A stretch of 64,000 bases of DNA from Tubulanus polymorphus (Eukaryota > Animalia > Nemertea). The stretch is taken from the NCBI RefSeq assembly GCF_964204645.1, contig NC_134033.1:764131-828130 (forward strand). The letters are read 5' to 3'. The stretch's first letter is position 1. Each line of letters opens with the position of its first letter. A program made the translations under genes and the position numbers. This document shows, in pieces, positions 37,201-51,506 of the stretch. The notes beneath the pieces were generated by a model, which worked only from the letters and a program-made list of their open reading frames with translations, searched no databases and had not been told where the DNA came from.

Positions 37201-40200
37201 TCGGATCCAAAATCTAACCTCATATTTGTAATCAGCACCCCAAAAAACATGTCTGCACTAAGTTTCATTAAAATTGGGCCAAAAAAAAATTTTGACTTTG
37301 TACCCCATTTTTGGGGTGCATATTTTGCCTCGGATCCGGAAAATTCGTTCAGATTTGCGATCAGCACCCCTTAATACACGTCTGAACGGAATTTCATCAA
37401 AATCGGAGACAAAAAATATTTGACCCCTGACACTCATTTTGGGAGTAGCCTACCTTAGATTGCCATTTCTCTGATACACCGGTAACTAGACTTAACTCTA
37501 ACTGTGTATAACTGATTGGTGGCATCAAATCTATTAAGTTTCTTTTATATCTTTTAGGATGTTTGTCATCATTAGGATGGAATTATTGACTTTTTGAGTT
37601 TGATGATCAGGATCAGAGGAACTGGATAAATATGTGTGGGCAGTGTTAGAACTCACCGGGAGGATAAACAAACAAACGAACAAATATTGGGAGAACTTGA
37701 CTTCAAATTTACTCTTAAGCATTATTCTTTAATAGTTTCCGAGCATTATTTCTGGTTACAGTGTTAGTGGTAGTTGAATGCACTATTTTAGAGAATAAAG
37801 TTTAATTTGCTTGAAGTTCTTCCTTTGGCATGTGAGCCTACCGCTTTACCGGATGCTAATACATTCCGCAGACAAAAGAGTTCTATCAAAAATGGTTTAA
37901 AATTCGTTTTAAAAAGATGATCCCCTTCAAAAAACCTTAAACGATAGTAGAATTATTCATATACAATGGAATCGTATTAGATAATCAACGAAATTCGGCT
38001 AAGAAAAATATCTGTATTGCTCGCATGCCACAGTAAGATCGCGAGGCTGAGTTAAATATTTACCGTACAGTGCTGCCCCTATGAATAACGATAGCGGAAT
38101 TTCTGCGAACTAAAATAGCGCATATTTACCGCCGGAATTTAAATGTCCTTATTACGTACAATACGGACCAGTGTGTCGTCTAATTCTGATTAAATATGAT
38201 ACTATGAATACGTTCTGAATTTTGTATGATATTTCCTTATTTTTTAGGTAACATATTTAATTCTTTTTAGCTAAAATTCACTTACTTATCAATTAATATA
38301 GTATTTGTACACTGAATAAATTATTCATTTTCATTTTTTAATGATAATTTATCATCAGAATTGACAAAATGTCCATATTTTTTCTTCGATAAAGTCTATT
38401 TGCGCGCAAATAAACAGGGAACATACAGACACCTATCGCTCTCTCCCAGACCATACTAGAAATATCCCGATTCAAATTAACTCTTTTAAGGCTCATTCTT
38501 TTATAGAAAAATTGTTTGGTTCGAACGTTTCAGAGCAGTTTTCAGAGTTTGAGAATTTTCCTCGGAATCCGGCCCGCAAATCGGTAATTAGTTCGTCCAC
38601 TCCTGCCGTTCGAAGACTCTGGCAAGCGAGTATTATGTTAGTTCACATTTTCCACGCTATCGTTATACATAGTGGCAGCACTAGACGGTCGAGATTGAAT
38701 TGATCGCGCTATTTTACTGTGGAGCGGGCTCAATTCAATCGCTAATTCTTTATTTACAGTGAAATATTCCTTCAATTGATAAAGACTTTAAAGCCGCGAT
38801 GATTCTAAATGTACGAATTTTGATATTGGTAAAAAAGATAAGAATTCATTCATGATGTTTCATTTTCATGTCCTCAGGTACACACACTTTAGGGGGACCT
38901 CACTCACTCCAGACCCACTGACTTCGCAGACACTTCCTTCGACAGTGAGTGACCAGTGAGACCGGGACCTACTCAAATTTAGTCTGAATCAGTCAGTCGT
39001 TGTTACTACTGGTTCCGGGTTGTTTAGGGAACGACAGCTAGGTACTAGACTAACAGGGACCTCACTCGGTGTCAAAAACCACTTTCTAGCCTACACGGGC
39101 CGCACTACCCTAGCCGCTTGCATTGCACATGGTGCAGGCGATAGTTTCACCTTTAACTTCCTCCGGCACCACATCTTGTTCAGCAGGTTAAGACCAGCTG
39201 ACTCAGTTAGTTACACCAGCTTTCTCCCACTGCCACAGGCTGGGCTCTTGTGTAAAATGAGAATCTGTTAATCCAGTGCCGTGCTGAAAACTGCTGAAAA
39301 CTTTTGCTTAAGCCTTTACTTTGTCAGAGTAATTGTACTGTTTTGCTTCCCTTATCACCCATCCTCCCGCAACCTCTCATCCCATCCTCCCTCAACCTCA
39401 CCCCATCCTCCCCAACCTTTCATCCCATCCTCCCTCAACCTCATCACCCCATCCTCCCGCAACCTCTCATCCCATCCTCCCTCAACCTGTCACCCCATCC
39501 TCCCTCAACCTCTCACCCCATCCTCCCTCAACCTCACCCCAACCTCCCCAACCTTTCATCCCATCCTCCCTCAACCTCATCACCCCATCCTCCCGCAACC
39601 TCTCATCCCATCCTCCCTCAACCTCTCACCCCATCCTCCCCCAACCTCTCACCCCATCCTCCCTCAACCTTTCACCCCATCCTCCCTCAACCTCTCACCC
39701 CATCCTCCCCAACCTCATCACCCCATCCTCCCTCAACCTCTCACCCCATCCTCCCTCAACCTCTCACCCCATCCTCCCCCAACCTCATCACCCCATCCTC
39801 CCTCAACATCTCACCCCATCCTCCCTCAACCTCTCACCCCATCCTCCCTCAACCTCTCATCCCATCCTCCCCCAACCTCTCACATCATCCTCCCTCAACC
39901 TCTCACCCCATCCTCCCTCAACCTCACCCCAACCTCCCCCAACCTCTCATCCCATCCTCCCCAACCTCTCACATCATCCTCCCTCAACCTCTCACCCCAT
40001 CCTCCCTCAACCTCTCACCCCATCCTCCCGCAACCTCTCATCCCATCCTCCCTCAACCGGACCCCAACCTCTGACCTCAACCTCCCCCAACCTCTCACCC
40101 CATTGTCCCCAACCTATTCACCCCCTCCTCCCCAAACCTCATCACCCCATTGTCCCCAACCTCATCACCCCCTCCTCCCCAACCTCTCACCCCATTGTCC

Positions 40201-43200
40201 CCAACCTCATCACCCCCTCCTCCCCCACCTCTCACCCCATCCTCCCTCAACCTCTCACCCCCATCCTCCCACAACCTCATCACCCCATCCTCCCACAACC
40301 TCTCAGTCAGTCTTCCTGTTAATGTGATTTCAATTTTGTATTTCAGGGTTTCCTCTGTCGGGCTGTCGTGTAAACTTCATCACAAATACTGGACGTGGTG
40401 GACTTCAACTGAAATTTATCACAGTTTTACTTCTTCAGTCAACTTCTTCCGGACTACTAATGAACTAACTGGACTACTAGTCAACTAAGCGGACTATTAG
40501 TGAACTAACTGGACTATTTGTGAACTTACCAGACTATATGTGAACTAACTGGACTATTTAGTCAACTAACCGGACTATAAGTGGATTGATACTCATAAAA
40601 AAACAGGCAGTGGTGGACTCCAGGAGGTGTGGAACTCTGTATGTGGATTTGTGGAACTCGGCGGACTACCATTACTGCTAGACAAGGGCTAGTGAGTGTG
40701 GGAGTAGAATTTCTTATAAGTTTCCAAAACAATTATGAGAAAGCAGTTTATCTGTAAACATTGTTTACTGCATTTCATAAGAATTGTCAATGTGGTTATT
40801 TGAAGCAGCCTGTAATTGTGTTGCAGGAATTATAATTCAGGGTTTTTAGAAAGAGCATCAATTTCTACCTTAAAGATAAATTGAATATTTGACATAATTG
40901 AATAAAAATCTTTTTTGGACCGAATTTCGCGGGCGAATCATCAAAATTTGTGACGAAATTGAGGGGGTAAAAACACGAAATCCTGAATATCTCATTTCAG
41001 GAACCTCGGATCCAAAATCTAACCTCATATTTGTAATCAGCACCCCAAAAAACATGTCTGCACTAAATTTCATTAAAATTGGGCCCAAAAAAAAATTTTG
41101 ACTTTGTACCCCATTTTTGGGGTGCATATTTTGGGCATTAAAACCCTTATTTGCTCATGAAGATGAATTCCGATTCAAAATCTGATTGCATATCCGGAAT
41201 CTATACCTCAGAATACATATTCCTACCAAATTTTGAAGGAATCGGAGAAAAAAAATTTTTCGCTGAAAAAAAACTCCTGGACTAACACCTTAGATTTTGA
41301 TTGGTGGCATCAAATCTATTAAGTTTCTTTTATATCTTTTAGGATGTTTGTCATCATTAGGATGGAATTATTGACTTTTTGAGTTTGATGATCAGGATCA
41401 GATGAACTGGATAAATATGTGTGGGCAGTGTTAGAACTCACCGGGAGGATAAACAAACAAACGAACAAATATTGGGAGAACTTGACTTCAAATTTACTCT
41501 TAAGCATTATTCTTTAATAGTTTCCGAGCATTATTTCTGGTTACAGTGTTAGTGGTAGTTGAATGCACTATTTTAGAGAATAAAGTTTAATTTGCTTGAA
41601 GTTCTTCCTTTGGCATGTGAGCCTACCGCTTTACCGGATGCTAATACATTCCGCAGACAAAAGAGTTCTATCAAAAATGGTTTAAAATTCGTTTTAAAAA
41701 GATGATCCCCTTCGAAAAACCTTAAACGATAGTAGAATTATTCATATACAATGGAATCGTATTAGATAATCAACGAAATTCGGCTAAGAAAAATATCTGT
41801 ATTGCTCGCATGCCACAGTAAGATCGCGAGGCTGAGTTAAATATTTACCGTACAGTGCTGCCCCTATGAATAACGATAGCGGAATTTCTGCGAACTAAAA
41901 TAGCGCATATTTACCGCCGGAATTTAAATGTCCTTATTACGTACAATACGGACCAGTGTGTCGTCTAATTCTGATTAAATATGATACTATGAATACGTTC
42001 TGAATTTTGTATGATATTTCCTTATTTTTAGGTAACATATTTAATTCTTTTTAGCTAAAATTCACTTACTTATCAATTAATATAGTATTTGTATACTGAA
42101 TAAATTATTCATTTTCATTTTTAATGATAATTTATCATCAGAATTGACAAAATGTCCATATTTTTTCTTCGATAAAGTCTATTTGCGCGCAAATAAACAG
42201 GGAACATACAAACACCTATCGCTCTCTCCCAGACCATACTAGAAATACCCCGATTCAAATTAACTCTTTTAAGGCTCATTCTTTTATAGAAAAATTGTTT
42301 GGTTCGAACGTTTCAGAGCAGTTTTCAGAGTTTGAGAATTTTCCTCGGAATCCGGCCCGCAAGTCGGTAATTAGTTCGTCCACTACTGCCGTTCGAAGAC
42401 TCTGGCAAGCGAGTATTATGTTAGTTCACGTTTTCCACGCTATCGTTATACATAGCGGCAGCACTAGACGGTCGAGATTGGGTTGATCGCGCAAATTTTA
42501 CTGTGGAGCGGGCTCAATTCAATCGCTAATTCTTTATTTACAGTGAACTATTCCTTCAATTGATAAAGACTTTAAAGCCGCGATGATTCTAAATGTACGA
42601 ATTTTGATATTGGTAAAAAAGATAAGAATTCATTCATGATATTTTATTTTCATGTCCTCGGGTACACACACTTTAGGGGGACCTCACTCACTCCAGACCC
42701 AGTGACTTCGCAGACACTTCGACAGTCAGTGACTAGTGTCTGTAGTGAGGCCGGGACCTACTCAAATTTAGTCTGAATCAGTCAGTCGTTGTTACTACGG
42801 GTTCCGGGTTGTTTAGGGAACGACAGCTAGGTACTAGACTAACAGGGACCTCACTCGGTGTCAATAACCACTTTCTAGCCTACACGGGCCGCACTACCCT
42901 AGCCGCTTGCATTGCACATGGTGCAGGCGATAGTTTCACCTTCAACTTCCTCCGGCACCACATCTTGTTCAGCAGGTTAAGACCAGCTGACTCGACCAGT
43001 TAGTTACACCAGCTTTCTCCCACTGCCACAGGCTGGGCTCTTGTGTAAAACGAGAATCTGTTAATCCAGTGTCGTGCTGAAAACTGCTGAAAACTTTTGC
43101 CTCAGCCTTTACTTTGTCAGAGTAATTGTACTGTTTTGCTTCCCTTTTCACCCATCCTCCCTCAACCTCATCACCCATCCTCCCTCAACCTCTCACCTCA

Positions 43201-46200
43201 TCCTGCCTCAACCTCACCCCAACCTCTCACTTCATCCTCCCTCAACCTCTCACCCCTTCCTCCCACAACCTCATCACCCCATCCTCCCCAACCTCTCAGT
43301 CAGTCTTCCTGTTAATGTAATTTCAATTTTATATTTCAGGATTCCTCTGTCGGGCTGTGGTGTAAATTTCATCACAAATACTGGACGTGGTGGACTTCAA
43401 CTGAAATTCATCACAGTTTTACTTCTTCAGTCAACTTCTTCCGGACTACTAGTCAACTAACCGGACTACTAGTCAACTAACCGGACCACTAGTCAACTAA
43501 CCGGACTACTAGTCAACTAACCGGACTATAAGTGAACTAACTGGACTATACGTGAACTTACCAGACTATTAGTCAACTAACCGGACTACTAGTCAACTAA
43601 CCGGACCACTAGTCAACTAACCGGACCACTAGTCAACTAACCGGACTACTAGTCAACTAACCGGACTATTAGTGAACTAACTGGACTATACGTGAACTTA
43701 CCGGACTATTAGTGAACTAACTGGACTATTTAGTCAACTAACGGGACTAAAGTGGATTGATACTCATAAAAAACAGGCAGTGGTGGACTGCAGGAGGTGT
43801 GGAACTCTGTATGTGGATTTGTGGAACTCGGTGGACTACCATTACTGCTAGACAAGGGCTAGTGAGTGTGTGAGTAGAATTTCTTATAAGTTTCCAAAAC
43901 AATTATGAGAAAGCAGTTTATCTGTAAACACTGTTTACTGCATTTCATAAGAATTGTCAATGTGGTTATTTGAAGCAGCCTGTAATTGTGTTGCAGGAAT
44001 TATAATTCAGGGTTTTAGTAAGAGCATCAATTTCTACCTTAAAAATTAATTGAATATTTGACATCATTGAATAAAATTCTTTTTTGGACCGAATTTCCCA
44101 GGCAAATTTCATCAAAATTTGTGACGAAATTAAGGGGGTCAAAACACGAAATCCTGAATATCTCATTTTAGTTGCCTCGGATCCAAAATCTAACCTCATA
44201 TTTGTAATCAGCACCCCAAAAAACATGTCTGCACTAAGTTTCATTAAAATTGGGCCAAAAAAAAATTTTGACTTTGTACCCCATTTTTGGGGTGCATATT
44301 TTGGACATTAAAACCCTTATTTGCCCATGAAGATGAATTCCGATTCAAAATCTGATTGCGGATCCGGAATCTACACCTCAGAATACATATTCCTACCAAT
44401 TTTAGAAGGAATCAGAGAAAAAAAATTTTTCGCCGAAAAAAAACTCCTGGACTAACACCTTAGATTTTTGCCATTTTTGGCCAAAAAACCGAATCTCTTC
44501 GATTTGCTTGAAATTTTAGTCCTTTATATTCTCAGGGGTGCTGATTCCAAATCTGTAATCAGATTTTGAATATCCCGAAAACTCTGGGGTCCAAGGCCTT
44601 TTGAAAATTTAGGGGTCCCCCCAAAAATTCGAATTTCTCATTTTCTGGGCCTCGGATCCGGAAAATTCGTTCAGATTTGCGATCAGCACCCCTTAATACA
44701 TGTCTGAACGGAATTTCATCAAAATCGGAGACAAAAAATATTTGACCCCTGACACTCATTTTGGGAGTAGCCTACCTTAGATTGCCATTTCTCTGATACA
44801 CCGGTAACTAGACTTAACTCTAACTGTGTATAACTGATTGGTGGCATCAAATCTATTAAGTTTCTTTTATATCTTTTAGGATGTTTGTCATCATTAGGAT
44901 GGAATTATTGACTTTTTGAGTTTGATTATCAGGATCAGATGAACTGGATAAATATGTGTGGGCAGTGTTAGAACTCACCGGGAGGATAAACAAACAAACG
45001 AACAAATATTGGGAAGACTTGACTTCAAATTTACTCTTAAACATTATTCTTTAATAGTTTCCGAGCATTATTTCTGGTTACAGTGTTAGTGGTAGTTGAA
45101 TGCACTATTTTAGAGAATAAAATTTAATTTGCTTGAAGTTCTTCCTTTGGCATGTGAGCCTACCGCTTTACCGGATGCTAATACATTCCGCAGACAAAAG
45201 AGTTCTATCAAAAATGGTTTAAAATTCGTTTTAAAAAGATGATCCCCTTCAAAAAACCTTAAACGATAGTAGAATTATTCATATACAATGGAATCGTATT
45301 AGATAATCAACGAAATTCGGCTAAGAAAAATATCTGTATTGCTCGCATGCCACAGTAAGATCGCGAGGCTGAGTTAAATATTTACCGTACAGTGCTGCCC
45401 CTATGAATAACGATAGCGGAATTTCTGCGAACTAAAATAGCGCATATTTACCGCCGGAATTTAAATGTCCTTATTACGTACAATACGGACCAGTGTGTCG
45501 TCTAATTCTGATTAAATATGATACTATGAATACGTTCTGAATTTTGTATGATATTTCCTTATTTTTTAGGTAACATATTTAATTCTTTTTAGCTAAAATT
45601 CACTTACTTATCAATTAATATAGTATTTGTACACTGAATAAATTATTCATTTTCATTTTTTAATGATAATTTATCATCAGAATTGACAAAATGTCCATAT
45701 TTTTTCTTCGATAAAGTCTATTTGCGCGCAAATAAACAGGGAACATACAAACACCTATCGCTCTCTCCCAGATCATACTAGAAATACCCCGATTCAAATT
45801 AACTCTTTTAAGGCTCATTCATTTATAGAAAAATTGTTTGGTTCGAACGTTTCAGAGCAGTTTTCAGAGTTTGAGAATTTTCCTCGGAATCCGGCCCGCA
45901 AATCGGTAATTAGTTCGTCCACTCCTGCCGTTCGAAGACTCTGGCAAGCGAGTATTATGTTAGTTCACGTTTTCCACGCTATCGTTATACATAGGGGCAG
46001 CACTAGATGGTCAAGATTAGATCGCACTATTTTTACTGTGGAGCGGGCTCAATTCAATCGCTAATTCTTTATTTACAGTGAACTCAATTGATAAAGACTT
46101 TAAAGCCGCGCTGATTCTAAATGTACGAATTTTGATATTGGTAAAAAAGATAAGAATTCATTCATGATATTTTATTTTCATGTCCTCAGGTACACACACT

Positions 46201-48564
46201 TTAGGGGGACCTCACTCACTCCAGACCCAGTCAGTGACTTCGCAGACACTTCGACAGTCACTGTCAGTGACTAGTGAGGCCGGGACCTACTCGAATTTAG
46301 TCTGAATCAGTCAGTCGTTGTTACTACGAGTTCCGGGTTGTTTAGGGAACGACGGCTAGGTACTAGACTAACAGGGACCTCACTCGGTGCCAAAAACCAC
46401 TTTCTAGCCTACACGGGCCGCACTACCCTAGCCGCTTGCATTGCACATGGTGCAGGCGATAGTTTCACCTTCAACTTCCTCCGGCACCACATCTTGTTCA
46501 GCAGGTTGAGACCAGCTGACTCGACCAGTTAGTTACACCAGCTTTCTCCCACTGCCACAGGCTGGGCTCTTGTGTAAAACGAGAATCTGTTAATCCAGTG
46601 TCGTGCTGAAAACTGCTGAAAACTTTTGCCTCAGCCTTTATTTTGTCAGAGTAATTGTACTGTTTTGCTTCCCTTTTCACCCATCCTCCCTCAACCTCTC
46701 ATCCCATCCTCCCACAACCTCATCACCCCATCCTCCCGCAACCTCTCACCCCATCCTCCCTCAACCTCTCACCCCATCCTCCCTCAACCTCTCACCCCAT
46801 CCTCCCTCAACCTCTCACCCCATCCTCCCTCAACCTCTCACCCCATCCTCCCGCAACCTCTCACCCCATCCTCCCTCAACCTCTCACCCCATCCTCCCTC
46901 AACCTCTCACCCCATCCTCCCGCAACCTCTCACCCCATCCTCCCTCAACCTCTCACCCCATCCTCCCTCAACCTCTCATCCCATCCTCCCCCAACCTCTC
47001 ATCCCATCCTCCCCCAACCTCTCAGTCAGTCTTCCTGTTAATGTAATTTCAATTTTATATTTCAGGTTTTCCTCTGTCGGGCTGTTGTTGTGTTAACTTC
47101 ATCATGAATACTGGACGTGGTGGACTTCAACTGAAATTCATCACAGTTTTACTTCTTCAGTCAACTTCTTCCGGACTACTAGTCAACTAACTGGACTATT
47201 AGTCAACTAACTGGACTATACGTGAACTTACCAGACTATTTGTGAACTAACTGGACTATTTAGTCAACTAACCGGACTAAAGTGGATTGATACTCATAAA
47301 AAACAGTCAGTGGTGGACTCCAGGAGGTGTGGAACTCTGTATGTGGATTTGTGGAATTCGGTGGACTACCATTACTGCTAGACAAGGGCTAGTGAGTGTG
47401 TGAGTAGAATTTCTTATAAGTTTCCAAAACAATTATGAGAAAGCAGTTTATCTGTAAACACTGTTTACTGCATTTCATAAGAATTGTCAATGTGGTTATT
47501 TGAAGCAGCCTGTAATTGTGTTGCAGGAATTATAATTCAGGGTTTTAGTAAGAGCATCAATTTCTACCTTAAAAATTAATTGAATATTTGACATCATTGA
47601 ATAAAATTCTTTTTTGGACCGAATTTCCCAGGCAAATTTCATCAAAATTTGTGACGAAATTAAGGGGGTCAAAACACGAAATCCTGAATATCTCATTTTA
47701 GTTGCCTCGGATCCAAAATCTAACCTCATATTTGTAATCAGCACCCCAAAAAACATGTCTGCACTAAGTTTCATTAAAATTGGGCCAAAAAAAAATTTTG
47801 ACTTTGTACCCCATTTTTGGGGTGCATATTTTGGGCATTAAAACCCTTATTTGCCCATGAAGATGAATTCCGATTCAAAATCTGATTGCGGATCCGGAAT
47901 CTACACCTCAGAACACATATTCCTACCAATTCTAGAAGGAATCAGAGAAAAAAAATTTTTCGCCGAAAAAAAACTCCTGGACTAACACCTTAGATTTTTG
48001 CCATTTTTGGCCAAAAAACCGAATCTCTTCGATTTGCTTGAAATTTTAGTCCTTTATATTCTCAGGGGTGCTGATTCCAAATCTGCAATCAGATTTTGAA
48101 TATCTCGAAAACTCTGGGGTCCAAGGCCTTTTGAAAATTTAGGGGGTCCCCCAATAATTCGAATTCCTCATTTTCTGGGCCTCAGATCCGAAAAATTCGT
48201 TCAGATTTGTGATCAGCACCCAAGAATACATGTCTATACTGAATTTCATCAAAATCGGAGACAAAAAATATTTGACCCCTGACACTCATTTTGGGGAGTA
48301 GCCTACCTTGTATTGCCATTTCTCTGATACACCAGTAACTTTACTTAACTCTTACAATGTGTATAACTGATTGGTCGCCTCAAATCTATTAAGTTTCATT
48401 TATATCTTTTAGGATGTTTGTCATCATTAGGATGAAATTGTTGACGTTTGTGTTTGATGATCAGGACTACATCAGATGAACTGGATAAATATGTGTGGGC
48501 AGTGTTAGAACTCACCAGGAGGATAAACAAACAAATGAACACATATTGGGAGAACTTGACTTCA
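34266..48564. repeat. Four tandem ~3.5-3.8-kb units (starts 34266, 37782, 41567, 45104)
   Basis: Highly similar units. Each has a C-rich ~23-bp VNTR (35856, 39356, 43149, 46678), a conserved TTTCAG acceptor, a 20-bp GGACTACTAGTCAACTAACC VNTR and a variably deleted repeat element. No conserved credible ORF. Confidence 0.95.
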
Positions 48565-49600
48565 GTTATAGTGAACTTTATGTCCACGAGGACTAACTAT
48601 GTGATGACTTTGCTGCTGATGGGATAAATATCTGTTTGAACTAAAAACTGTAAAACTGTAAACTACTGACGGCATCTACAATCTGCAACGGGGAACATAG
48701 AAGTTCAGGTGATATACAATCCCCTCTCTGTCTCTTTCTATCATCTCTCATCTCTCACTCTCTCATTCTCATCTCTCTATCTCATTCTCATCTCTCTCTC
48801 TCTCATTCTCATTCTCATCTCACTCTCTCATTCTCATCTCTTTGTCTTATTCTCATAGTCTCATTCTCATCTCACTCTCTCATCTCTCTCATAGTCTCAT
48901 CCTCATCTCACTCTTTAATTCTCTCCTTACTCTGGTCTCATCCTCATCTCACTCTCTCATTCTCATCTCACTCTCTGTCTCATCCTCATTCTCATCTCAC
49001 ACTTTAATTCTCCTCTCACTCTATTCTCATCTCTCTCTCTCCTTACTCTGGTCTCATTCTCCACCATCTACCGGGTTGTGATAGGAACTGTGTAGTTCCT
49101 GTCTCGCCCGGTAGATGGCATTATTTTTTTGATAAAATTTGCTTAAGCAATGGATAAATATGAGTTCCCCTGCAGTCTGTCAGTACGTCCCTATAGCGTA
49201 GTGGGTAGGGTGCTGGACTGCTAGATGAATGGTTGGTGGTTCAAATCCCATAATTTTATTTTATTGTTGATTGAATAAAATGTTGAATTTTGATTTTGTT
49301 CGTTTCAATAAAATGTTGAATTTTACTTTTGCAAACAAGCTGTAACAAATTCCTACTTTGAATTTGGAATAAATCCTTTGATTTGTACTTTGTGTTTGTC
49401 CTTTTTGACTTTGTCCTTTCCTTGAACGTGAGAAGTTGTAAGCGGAGTCCTTTCCGGGGCAAGTGGAAGTTGTGAGAGGGAAGAGTCCTTTCCGGGGTAA
49501 AGTGCCCGAGACAAAGAGATTTTATTAAAGAGAGCATTTTATATATGGACGTTTATTTATTTACGTTACGTTTTATAACATGCGGCAAAACGAAATAATG

Positions 49601-49851
49601 AGTAGAGTCTGCGTCTCGAGGTTTGAAGATGGTGCTGTAGTCGGAGTAGAGTCTGCGTCTCGAGGTTTGAAGATGGTACTGTAGTCGGAGTAGAGTCTGC
49701 GTCTCGAGGTTTGGAGATGGTTGTGTAGTCGGAGTAGAGTCTGCGTCTCGAGGTTTGAAGATGGTACTGTAGTCGGAGTAGAGTCTGCGTCTCGAGGTTT
49801 GAAGATGGTACTGTAGTCGGAGTAGAGTCTGCGTCTCGAGGTTTGAAGATG
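49601..49851. repeat. 44-bp minisatellite, ~6 copies
   Basis: AGTAGAGTCTGCGTCTCGAGGTTTGAAGATGGTACTGTAGTCGG units. Confidence 0.9.
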
Positions 49852-51319
49852 TTGATGCAACTCAAATATTGCCGGCTGAAAAACAAATCTGATAATCGTC
49901 AAGCTAATGAAGAAGATTGAATATGCAAAATGTACGGATGGGTGTAGTTTAATATAATTACCTTATCTTAATGTAAAGATACCGAAACAGCAAAATGTGG
50001 GTTGATGCGGTTCCCAATGCAGCAGCAGCAGCAGCAGCAGACTAGTCCAGGACGTTGCGACAAACGAGTTGTGTACATGTAGTTGTCAGTAGTAGCGAAC
50101 TGGTTTCGGTTTAACCCTAAAAAGACACAATATTCATAATGTATAAATGTGTGTGAAATTGAACATCGGAAATCAGCGACAACAGCAAATTAGCCGTCAT
50201 CTGTTTGTTGTTGAAATCCGACATCAACAGCAGCAGCGACACCAGTAACAGCAGCAGCAGTATCGGGATCTCCTCCGCAATCGTCAGCACCAACAGCCGC
50301 CAGTCTCATCTACTTGCGTTCTCAATCGCTAGGCGTCACAAATTCCTTCACGTTCCAGTCTCTCCTAACATCATCAGCCGCTAATTAGAAGGTTGTTTGC
50401 TTGAAGCCACACGTTCTTCACGCCTTGTTGCAGAGCTCTTATGGGTCGACCTTCATCACTGGACATCGGTTCTCGGACTGGCGTCGGGAGGCTCGAACCG
50501 CGCTTCTAATACCTACGTCGACCAATCAACGACGGTGCATCATCGATGCGACCGGAATGGATCAATCAGAAAGCTCGATTGCGCATTCCTGTGACAGACC
50601 CGAGTCCGTGACGCTAATCCGACAGAACCATTCAATTCGTGCCAAACATTTTCAATGGGGCCTACAGGTCATCGAGTTTAATTCGACTATTCATAGCGGC
50701 ACATATTGTTTAAGATAGAAATATCGAATGCTACGATTTTAGCCTAAAATTGTATGCTGAAATTTTATCTAAACTATCCAACAAACTTTAGTGTAGATTT
50801 CCCTTCTATTTACGTCTGGTTTTGAACTATAATACCGGCTCAATTTTACTATTTTCGAGTTTTGCTTTAGGATATCGAAGTTTGCTTAAGGATTTGTGCA
50901 GTCACGCGGCACTATTGTGTAGTAGAGCGTATGACAGGTCTCCAGAGAGTAATTCTCTATTGGATAGAGTCGTTTTCAATCCGAATTTATACACAAGTTC
51001 ACCAGACATCGCCGCGTACACATCTTCTTTAACTGAAATCTGGTGAAATTAAAAAATTATCAAAGTTTTATCATCAGTTGAGAAAGAACTGTGATTGATC
51101 ACCGCGCGCGCTGCTTGCACCGAATAGTCGCTTGGATTTCTTCAGTTCGAGGAATTGAATAAATATAAAAAAATTTCCCAAACCCTCACCACTAAACTTA
51201 AAATAACAAACTAATATTGTAAAAAAGTCGAAGGTCCCTGGGGGAATTACTCCGCAACCTGGACCGGTATTGTGGGATAAATAAATAATTCAGCCAGAAA
51301 CGACTGAATTAAACATAAT

Positions 51320-51506
51320 TTACCCCACACCAGTTATTCTGTAGGACTCACGCATTAGCAACCTCATTCCAGGGAGGACAGTACTCTCGACTCGCCCGCT
51401 TACCGGAGATCATTTGCCACATCCTGACCCGCCTCCTCCGAGACTCGAACCCGGGCCACAGCGGTGACACGCTAGTCGCCGACCGACTAAGCCATCCGGT
51501 CCGCCC
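51320..51506 (-). mobile_element. tRNA-derived SINE-like element
   Basis: Minus strand has TGGCTTAGTCGG (A box) and GGTTCGAGTCTC (B box) followed by a non-tRNA body. Confidence 0.55.

Noticed and set aside
36990-37374. Overlapping ORFs on both strands repeated in each array unit
   Set aside because: They lie within an internally repetitive, variably deleted non-autonomous repeat and show no protein motif.
38965-39325. RNase P RNA on the minus strand (ATTCAGACTA resembles CR-V)
   Set aside because: No matching CR-I/P4 partner, and the motif is not conserved in unit 1.
35804-47096. Long Pro/Ser/His-rich ORFs (extensin-like)
   Set aside because: They come from a stop-free C-rich VNTR that is open in all three frames, with frame-inconsistent lengths between units.
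49187-49252. tRNA gene
   Set aside because: A and B boxes are present but there is no acceptor-stem 3' half or good anticodon stem; more likely a SINE head or pseudogene.
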